Assembly: GCF_052425735.1 (NCBI RefSeq)
Contig: NC_135768.1
Location: 16,120,001-16,184,000 of the forward strand
Source of the DNA: Oculina patagonica
Lineage: Eukaryota
Length of the DNA stretch: 64,000 bases
Reading direction: 5' to 3'
The notes under the pieces were generated by a model. It was given only the letters and a program-made list of their open reading frames with translations. It was not told the origin of the DNA and did no database searches. This document shows positions 13,705 through 22,242 of this stretch, piece after piece. Position 1 is the stretch's first letter, and every line of letters starts with the position of its first letter. The position numbers and the translations under genes are program-made.

Positions 13705-16372
13705 CCACCCCGACGGGATCATCACCTTGTAGTGGTGGGGTGGCTTCAGTGCCTCTATGACCCCTAGAGCTATGCTGGCGGAAGTTCTAAACTCCTGGTA
13801 GGGCCACCCATGCCGGACAGGTCAAAGGGTAAAGGCCACACAAAGAGTGATCCCCTGGCCCTCCTGGTTGGGGGTTGGGCGTAGGGCTAGCAACCCTACC
13901 CTGCAAAAAAGTCATATGCTACAGAAACCGAAACCAGTTTAGCAGATGTGGATCGAAGTGGGGCAGGCCGTCCTTCGAGGACAAGAATGAAGCCTTTGGG
14001 TCAAACCCAACTAGGCACCCAAAGGCCGATCAACCTGCTCCAACTGAGGTCCAAAACGAGGATTGGCTGTTGGAATGTTAGGACTCTTTTTCAGGCAAGC
14101 AAACTCGCCCAGCTGGCAAGCGAACTAAGGAGATACGGAATAGCTGTTCTTGGCGTAGCAGAGGTGAGGTGCAATACCTTTGGAGAAATTAGCACAACAA
14201 CAGGAGAAACATTTCTATACTCTGGCAAGGAAAATGAGGAGAATGTACATGAAAATGGAGTAGGCCTTCTAATTGCAAAGGAGGCAGCAAGACGTTTTAT
14301 GGAGTGGGAGCCTATATCCGAACGAATTATTACAGCTCGATTTGCATCCAAGGGACGTACTATTACCATCATACAGTGCTATGCACCAACTAATTTGGCA
14401 GGGTTAGAGGATAAAGAGCAATTCTATGAGCAGTTGCAAGGAGCCATTGGAAAGGTTCAGAAAAGACATGTTAATACTAATGGGCGATGTCAATGCATAA
14501 GTGGGAGTAGATGACAGCGGCAGAGAGGACATAATGGGAAAAGAAGCATTAGGAGAGATCAATGAAAATGGTGACATGTTCATTGACTTCTGCGCCTTCA
14601 GTGATTTGTGCATTGGAGGCTCCTTCTTCCAACACAGGAAAATACACAAGGCAACATGGTCCTCCCCTGACCTTCGCACGCACAATCAAATTGATCATAT
14701 TACAGTCTCAAAAAGTGGAAAAAGACGCTTCTTGATGTTAAAGTCATGAGAGGAGCGGATATTGACTCTGATCATCACCTTGTGATTGGAACGTTTAGGA
14801 TGAAACTTGCTGCAAAGAGGAAAGTAGGAGTTAGCGGTCGGAAAAGATTTAATACAGCTAAATTGAGGGATATGGGTGTGCGAGAAGAGGTCACTGTGAC
14901 ACTAAGGAACAAGTTTGAAGTTCTTGCTGATGTTGATGAAGATGATCAGGATGTTGATAGAATGTGGCAGCACTGCAAGAACATCTTTGCGGACACCTGC
15001 AAAGATCTAGAAGTGCTTGGATACAGGGAGACAACAAGAAAGGAATGGATCAGTGAGAATACATGGAAGGGGATTGAAGCCAGGAGGGAAGCAAAGCAAA
15101 AGTTGAATAGAGAAACATGCATGGAAAAGAAAAGAGAGTTACAGAGGGTCTACAAGGGTAAAACGAGAGAGGTGAGACAGAAAGTAAAGAAGGATAAGAA
15201 GAAGTGGATGGATGATCTGGGACAACAAGCTGAGGAAGCTTCTGCAACACACAACACCAGAGAGTTGTACAACCTAACTAAAACAATGGCCGGAAAGAAG
15301 AATAAAAGCAACTCAATACCAGTGCAGGATAATGATGGTAAACTGTTGTCAAAAGAAGAAGAGCAAATGAAAAGGTGGAAAGAGCATTTTCAAGAGGTGC
15401 TGAATAGACCCATTCCAGAGATAGGTCCAGAACTTGCTGATAACGATGAGGAAATCAGTATTAACTGTGGTAGAATATCTAAGAATGAGATTAATAATGC
15501 GGTTAAGAAGCTTAAAAATGGGAAGGCACCAGGAGGAGATAATATCCCTCCTGAGATTTTGAAAGCTGATCCGAGTACCCCAGCAGATATCTTGTATGAC
15601 CTTTTGAATGTGATTTGGGAGATGGAAGTTATACCTGATGAGTGGAAGCAAGGCCTTTTGATCAAGGTACCTAAAAAGGGTAACCTTAGCCATTGTGGAA
15701 ATTGGAGAGGTATCATGCTACTATCTGTCCCAAGTAAGATACTGACTCGGATCATATTAGAAAGGCTGAAGACTGCACTGGATGTAAAGTTGAGAAACGA
15801 GCAAGCTGGCTTTAGATCTGGGAGGTCTTGTGTAGACCAAATAGCAACCCTGAGGATAATTTTGGAGCAATCGATCAAATGGCAAAGCATGTTGATAGTG
15901 TTGATAGGGAGGGGCTTTGGAGACTTCTGCGGCATTATGGAGTACCAACCTGTTGTAAATGTTATCAAAGGGACATACCACAACTTTCGAGCACAAGTTG
16001 TACACAACAACAAGCTGTCTGATCCATTTGAAATTCGAACTGGAGTACGGCAAGGATGTTTATTATCTCCACTGCTTTCTTTGGTGGTAATTGATTGGAT
16101 AACACGAGAAGCTGTGAGGAATGAAAGAACTGGGATTCAGTGGACCCTTACTGAACAACTCGAGATTTAGATTTTGCTGATGATGTGTGTTTAATATCTG
16201 CAACGCACATCCAAATGCAAAGGAAAACAGAAAAGTTCAGTGTAAATGCGAATGAATTGGAAATGAGTGCCCAAAGACCAAAGTATTAAAGGTAAATGGT
16301 AAAGTGAACAGTCCTGTCTCGCTCGGAGGTGAAGATATTGATCAGTAGATGAGTTTTGTTATCTGGGCAGAT
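13705..16372 (+). mobile_element. RTE-clade non-LTR retrotransposon, degenerate, 5'-complete and 3'-truncated
   Basis: RTE-type 5' UTR; APE endonuclease (GCWNVRTL, QCYAPT, NQIDH, DSDHHLV); RT (NWRGIMLL, QAGFR, GVRQGCLLSP, frameshifted DFADD); in-frame stop at ~14499 and several frameshifts. Confidence 0.93.
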
Positions 16373-16627
16373 ATTCAGGAATTAAGTTCGACAAAAGCAC
16401 GGCGTCTGAATCAAACTTTTGAATTGAGTTCGGCAAAGCAATTTAGTTCGACACGCCATGCCGTGCTACACGACTCTGGTACGGCAGCGGTTCAAACATC
16501 GTGCTTTTGGACCTTTTGCCGCACCAAACCAAATTCAGAAATTATATTAATGTATTTTGGCGGGATTACGTTCCCGCGAGGAAATACGAGGTACCCGAGA
16601 ATAATTCTCCTTTACGGAGTATGCGCA

Positions 16628-16701
16628 CAACCTCGTCCCCAGGGTCTTCTCCGTTTTCAGCCGCCATTTTGAAAACGGAGAAGACCTTGGGGACGAGGTT
16701 A
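16628..16701. mobile_element. Tiny palindromic MITE with 10-bp flanking duplication (agtatgcgca)
   Basis: caacctcgtccccagggtcttctccgttttc ... gaaaacggagaagaccttggggacgaggtta. Confidence 0.85.
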
Positions 16702-17019
16702 AGTATGCGCATTGAATTTTATTCTTGCCAGACTGCAAAAAACATGGCGGCCAGCCAAAGGAATACAAATGAAATTTTCTCTGCTAAAAAGCACGGCGAG
16801 GATGTTTTATTCAACGAAGAAGATGACACTACTGACAGGGGGCAGGGTGAAGAAGAAGCTAGCGGGGCTGAATCTGAAATAAGCAAGTTTTTTGAAAACA
16901 AGTCGGGCAAAGTAACAAACATTTGCCGTACTTGCAAAAGGAAATTTTTTTTTGTTGCTTTTCTTTGCGTCTTTTTCTTGAGTCTTGCAATGATTTTAAA
17001 AGTAGGAGTTTTTGCTGCA

Positions 17020-17206
17020 ATTCGCTGTTTTCACCGTTCCCATAATACATCTTGTTTACCCCCAAAATTTTTGCATAAGCATTGTTTTCAATATCTCTTG
17101 GGATTTACAGTGACGTACAATCGTCCCAAGAGAAATTAAAAACAATGCTTATGCAAAATTTTTGGGGGTAAACAAGATGTAATATGTGAACGGTGAAAAA
17201 CCGAAT
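17020..17206. mobile_element. Fold-back (palindromic) MITE
   Basis: ~80-bp arms ttttcaccgttc..catcttgtttacccccaaaatttttgcataagcattg and its reverse complement. Confidence 0.8.
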
Positions 17207-17678
17207 TTGGAAAACGGCGCCATTTTTGTTGGATTACCGCTCACTAATTAATACGTAGCTTCAGTAAATCCTGAATTTGGTACGACTCTGGCACGACGTC
17301 TGAATCAGAGTCGTGCCAAACCGGTGAGGGTAAAAGGCGGAATGAGTTTGCGGAATGGCATGTGACATGAGTTGCGGAATGGCATAATTATGCGGAATGT
17401 AATTTACGCGGAATGATTAATTGACATAAATTATACTAAAAAGCGCGCCAAATTTTAAAAGAGAAGCCGCCTTGTTTAATACTGCTGGCTCAAACAATCA
17501 AGGACTGAGCAGTATGGACGAGGAAACTTCCATAGAACATCGTTGTAAAGATCATTTCACCGTTCAAATCACCGATTTACGCCGAACAGAAGCAGAGAAA
17601 TTATTTTCGCTATTTGCCGTGACGCTTCCGAGGACTTGAATTATCGACTAGCTGGCGTTGGCTCCCGGGCGTTGGCTG

Positions 17679-17891
17679 TGTAGTGTTTGTTCCTATTTTA
17701 GATAAATACCTTAGCTATGAGATAATCTGTAATCATTGGTTAGCACACCTTAACCGCAGTCACGTGATTATACCATTATATCATTGTACATAGATTAGTT
17801 GATTTAGTTTTAATAAAGCAGTTGTGTAAGCACCTTGGCCTGTTTTCACTGCGTACTCTAAAGTAGTACCTCGAACCCTTAATACACAACA
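17679..17891 (+). repeat. 5' LTR
   Basis: tgtagtg...cacaaca, identical by eye to 22030-22242; contains aataaa. Confidence 0.96.
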
Positions 17892-17904
17892 ACTGGCGAC
17901 GAGG

Positions 17905-20900
17905 ATGGCCACTCTTGGAACGGTAGAGTCGTTCAATCCCGGTTCAGAAGACTGGAACGCGTACTGCGAACGTTTCGACCAGTACGTGATCGCAAATGAT
18001 ATCAAAGATGAAAAAAAGATCGTGGCTACATTTCTGACTTCGATAGGAAGCAAGACATACAACGTCTTGAGAGATCTGCTAGCCCCAGCGAAGCCGTCCG
18101 AAGTCAAATATGAAGATTTGGTGAAAACCTTACGAGATCACTACGAGCCAAAGCCTATCGTGATCGCCGAACGTTTCCACTTCCACAAGCGTGAACAACA
18201 CGAGGGGGAAGGTGTGGCGGCATACAGTGCAGCCCTGAAGAAATGTTCTGAACATTGTGCTTTCGGCACATTCTTACAAGAAGCCCTAAGAGACCGATTC
18301 GTCTGTGGTCTAAGGAGCAAACAAATTCAGAAAAGGCTTTTGTCAGAGAAAAAGCTCACGTGGAAAGAAGCAGTAGAAATTGCGTTGGCAATGGAAGTTG
18401 CTGATAAACAAGCAAACAACTTCAGGAATTCGCCCGCAGAAGGCAACGTACATTATGTGAAACCACCGCATCCGCCCAAGATGCCCAAGCCAAGAAAGCC
18501 GTGTTTCCGTTGTGGCGAGAACCACGTCCCGCAAAAATGCCGATTTAAAGATGAGTTCTGTCGGAAGTGCAAATCAAAGGGGCACATCGCCAAAGTGTGC
18601 AAGAAGGATCCACCTGGGTCGTCAGGCAGTTACGCCCATGGATCACGTCCAGATCGGAGAAGCCGATCAGTTCGGTACGTGGAAGACGACGCCGCTCTGA
18701 AAGAACCGAATGACGAGTTCAAATTATTTCAGATCCACCAGGAAAAGCCTGAACCATCCATCAAAGTTCCCGTAAAAGTGAATGGTGAACAATTTTCAAT
18801 GGAATTGGACACTGGTGCTTCCGTTTCAATCATGTCCGAGGAGGCCTGGAAAAAGCATTTCCCGAAAGTTCCACTGGAGGAATCTAAAATGAAGTTGAGG
18901 ACTTACACAGGAGAAGCCCTCGAAATCCTTGGACAAGCACGAGTCGAAGTTACCTATCAAGACCAGACCGCCAATTTACCGCTCCATGTCATAAAAGGAC
19001 AAGGACCAAGCCTGTTTGGAAGGAACTGGCTAAGGAACATTAAGTTGAACTGGGGGTCAATTAAGAAGATAAGTAGTGACCTAGATAATGTGTTAACTAG
19101 ACATCAATCAGTATTTAAGGATGAATTAGGTACTATGCAAGGCGTTAAGGCTAAATTATTCGTCAAGTCCGAATCAAAACCGAAGTTTTTCAAACCGCGC
19201 CCAGTACCGTATGCTTTAAAGGGAGCCATTGAGCAAGAATTAGATCGCTTAGAAAGTATGGGAGTGGTTGAAAAGGTGCGCTACTCAGAGTGGGCGGCAC
19301 CGATAGTTCCTGTGGTTAAACCTGATAATTCAATTAGAGTTTGTGGGGATTATAAAGTTACCGTCAATTCCGTTTTGGAAGTTGACCAGCACCCGTTGCC
19401 AAACCCCGAAGAATTGTTTGTAATATTAAGTGGGGGTGAGAAATACAGTAAGCTAGATTTGTCTAGAGCTTATCAACAAATTCTTTTAGATGACGATTCT
19501 AGAGAATATGTAACCATAAATACTCATAAGGGTTTGTATAGGCCTACTCGTTTACCTTTTGGGGTATCCTCCGCATCAGCTATTTTTCAATCAAAAATTG
19601 AGCAAGTACTCCAGGGTATACCAATGGTTGTGTGTAGAGTAGACGACATTTTAATATCGGGGAAAAATGACCAAGATCATTTAGATCATCTTAATGAGGT
19701 TCTAGAGAGGCTGGAAAGCGCTGGCTTGAGGTTGAAGCTTAGCAAATGCAAATTCATGCAGCCTACCGTTGAATATCTGGGTTATCGAATCGATGCACAA
19801 GGAATACACGCGATCGAGAAGAAAGTCGAAGCCATTAGAGAAGCGCCCGCACCCGAAAACCAGCATCAACTGAGGTCATTTCTCGGAATGATCAATTATT
19901 ATTCGAAATTCATCAGTAATTATTCGACCATCACTCATCCGTTAAATGAGTTACTGAAGGACGGGGTCGAATGGAAATGGTCTGAGGATCAGCAAAGGTC
20001 GTTCAATCAACTTAAGGACAAATTGTCCAACGCGCCCGTTTTAACGCACTTCAGCGAAACGTTGCCGTTAAAGCTCGACACAGATGCCTCGCAGTATGGC
20101 ATCGGCGCAGTCATCTCGCACGTGTTACCCTCTGGAGAAGAGCGACCAATTGCTTATGCTTCGCGCACATTATCAAAAAGCGAGCGTAATTACGCGCAGA
20201 TCGAAAAAGAAGCGCTCAGCTTAATTTTCGGGGTGAAGAATTTTCACCAATACTTGTACGGAAGAAAATTTCTTTTAGTCACGGATCACAAACCGTTGAC
20301 TACGTTGCTGGGACCGAAAAGTGGAATCCCGACTCTGGCAGCCGCACGACTACAAAGATGGGCGTTATTGCTCGCCGCGTATCAATATGATATCGAGTAT
20401 CGTTCGACAGAAAAGCACGCAAACGCCGATTGTTTATCCCGTTTGCCGATACACTGCGACAAGTCGTATGAAGAAGTCGATGAAGTCAGGCTCATCAACT
20501 TGTTGCAGATCGAATCTCTTCCAATGAATGTCGATCAAGTTCGCAAAGCGACGCGAACAGATCCGATCCTGTCAAGAGTGCTACAGTTCGTGATGACAGG
20601 TTGGCCAGATAAGCAAATCGCACCGGAAATCACGCCATATTTCCACAAACGTCACGAAATTACAGTCGAAGATGGTTGTTTACTGTGGGGAATTCGAGTA
20701 ATAATTCCCGGCCATCTTCGCGAACGTGTGTTATACGAGTTGCACGCAGGACATCCCGGAATAGTCCGTATGAAGTCACTCGCGCGACTTCACGTTTGGT
20801 GGCCTAATCTCGACAAAGATATAGCCACAGTCGTACAGAAGTGTGACAATTGCCAAAAGTCACGCAACAAACCCCAACAAGCACCCTTACACCCGTGGGA

Positions 20901-21633
20901 TTGGCCAAAGATGCCTTGGCAGCGAGTACACATCGACTTTGCAGGTCCATTCATGGGAAAGATGTTCCTGATCGTCGTCGATAGTCACTCAAAATGGTTT
21001 GAAGTAGAAATAATGCCTAGCATTACCAGTGCAGCGACAATCGAGAAACTTCGCGACATGTTTTCTCGGTATGGCATTCCACAGCAACTCGTGAGTGACA
21101 ACGGTGCGCAGTTCACTTCAGAAGAGTTTCGTAAATTCACGCAAGCGAATGGCATCAAACATACGCTTGTTGCTCCCTATCACCCGCGATCTAACGGCCA
21201 AGCAGAGCGTTTTGTTCAAACGTTTAAGCAATTTTTTAAGGCTGAGGGGAGCAAATCGATTAAGCAAAGTTTAGCGCGATTTCTGTTCAGTTATCGAACA
21301 ACCCCAAACAGCACAACAGGTCAAACACCAGCCGAGTTATTCTTTAATCGTCGATTGAGGACGAGGTTAGATTTAATGCGTCCTGATCTCGGTCGTAAAG
21401 TCTTTGACAGGCAAACCGATCAGAAAGCCAGACACGACAAGGTCAGCAAAGAGAGAGAATTTACACTCGGGGAACAAGTTCTGGTGCAGAACTTCCGTGG
21501 AGAGCCGAAATGGCTTGGTGGTGTCATAACGGAGCAGACTGGTCCTGTCTCCTATAAAGTTTTAGTCGGAGATCAACTTAAGGACAAATTGTCCAACGCG
21601 CCCGTTTTCTGCTCCGTTATGGTGGTGTCATAA
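17905..21633 (+). CDS. Gag-Pol polyprotein (Zn knuckles, protease, RT, RNase H, integrase), C-terminally truncated by a 104-bp insertion; native frame resumes and ends at 21986
   Basis: CFRC..H..C and CRKC..GH..C; LDTGA; RVDD; DAS..GIGA; H..H..C..C; HIDFAG/SDNG/QAER; Gypsy domain order. Confidence 0.95.
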   Translation: MATLGTVESFNPGSEDWNAYCERFDQYVIANDIKDEKKIVATFLTSIGSKTYNVLRDLLAPAKPSEVKYEDLVKTLRDHYEPKPIVIAERFHFHKREQHEGEGVAAYSAALKKCSEHCAFGTFLQEALRDRFVCGLRSKQIQKRLLSEKKLTWKEAVEIALAMEVADKQANNFRNSPAEGNVHYVKPPHPPKMPKPRKPCFRCGENHVPQKCRFKDEFCRKCKSKGHIAKVCKKDPPGSSGSYAHGSRPDRRSRSVRYVEDDAALKEPNDEFKLFQIHQEKPEPSIKVPVKVNGEQFSMELDTGASVSIMSEEAWKKHFPKVPLEESKMKLRTYTGEALEILGQARVEVTYQDQTANLPLHVIKGQGPSLFGRNWLRNIKLNWGSIKKISSDLDNVLTRHQSVFKDELGTMQGVKAKLFVKSESKPKFFKPRPVPYALKGAIEQELDRLESMGVVEKVRYSEWAAPIVPVVKPDNSIRVCGDYKVTVNSVLEVDQHPLPNPEELFVILSGGEKYSKLDLSRAYQQILLDDDSREYVTINTHKGLYRPTRLPFGVSSASAIFQSKIEQVLQGIPMVVCRVDDILISGKNDQDHLDHLNEVLERLESAGLRLKLSKCKFMQPTVEYLGYRIDAQGIHAIEKKVEAIREAPAPENQHQLRSFLGMINYYSKFISNYSTITHPLNELLKDGVEWKWSEDQQRSFNQLKDKLSNAPVLTHFSETLPLKLDTDASQYGIGAVISHVLPSGEERPIAYASRTLSKSERNYAQIEKEALSLIFGVKNFHQYLYGRKFLLVTDHKPLTTLLGPKSGIPTLAAARLQRWALLLAAYQYDIEYRSTEKHANADCLSRLPIHCDKSYEEVDEVRLINLLQIESLPMNVDQVRKATRTDPILSRVLQFVMTGWPDKQIAPEITPYFHKRHEITVEDGCLLWGIRVIIPGHLRERVLYELHAGHPGIVRMKSLARLHVWWPNLDKDIATVVQKCDNCQKSRNKPQQAPLHPWDWPKMPWQRVHIDFAGPFMGKMFLIVVDSHSKWFEVEIMPSITSAATIEKLRDMFSRYGIPQQLVSDNGAQFTSEEFRKFTQANGIKHTLVAPYHPRSNGQAERFVQTFKQFFKAEGSKSIKQSLARFLFSYRTTPNSTTGQTPAELFFNRRLRTRLDLMRPDLGRKVFDRQTDQKARHDKVSKEREFTLGEQVLVQNFRGEPKWLGGVITEQTGPVSYKVLVGDQLKDKLSNAPVFCSVMVVS

Positions 21634-22029
21634 CGGAGCAGACTGGTCCTGTCTCCTATAAAGTTTTAGTCGGAGATCAACTTTGGAAACGCCACGTTGA
21701 CCAGATGCACCAAAAACGTGAAGACAGCCTAAATGGCACTACAGAAGTTAGCGTGACACCTTCAAATGATGCAATCGCTCAGGATGTCGTTGACATCCAA
21801 CCGGTAACGCCTCCGCAAATAGAAACCGCGGAAAACGCCACGCCAGAGCCAAGCGAAATTATAAGTAGCGAAAGTAGCAGCAATGCGGCAACGCACGCAA
21901 CCGCGATGGCGCAATCTCAACCTCAACCACGCTATCCAACTCGACAGCGCAAAGCTCCGCAACGCTTAGGATTTGATACAAAATGATTAAATTAGTTAAT
22001 TACACACCTTTAGAATAAGTGTGGGGGAA

Positions 22030-22242
22030 TGTAGTGTTTGTTCCTATTTTAGATAAATACCTTAGCTATGAGATAATCTGTAATCATTGGTTAGCACACC
22101 TTAACCGCAGTCACGTGATTATACCATTATATCATTGTACATAGATTAGTTGATTTAGTTTTAATAAAGCAGTTGTGTAAGCACCTTGGCCTGTTTTCAC
22201 TGCGTACTCTAAAGTAGTACCTCGAACCCTTAATACACAACA
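22030..22242 (+). repeat. 3' LTR
   Basis: Identical by eye to 17679-17891. Confidence 0.96.

Larger units (their letters stand above)
17679..22242 (+). mobile_element. Ty3/Gypsy LTR retrotransposon (Mag-like), full length
   Basis: Identical 213-bp TG..CA LTRs, PBS tggcgacgagg (17894), purine tract gggggaa before the 3' LTR, single gag-pol ORF. Confidence 0.97.

Noticed and set aside
13298-13732. ORFs of 144 aa (+) and 102 aa (-) with 16-aa repeats; CRISPR-like appearance
   Set aside because: By-product of a stop-free 48-bp tandem repeat; units are contiguous with no unique spacers
15390-16013. 207-aa minus-strand ORF and other antisense ORFs over RTE, Gypsy and YR
   Set aside because: Shadow frames of the sense-strand coding sequences
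16501-17139. 212-aa ORF
   Set aside because: GTG start and runs across two MITE insertions; no domain
21705-21986. Separate 93-aa ORF or env-like gene
   Set aside because: It is the displaced C-terminus of Pol, in frame once the 104-bp insertion is removed
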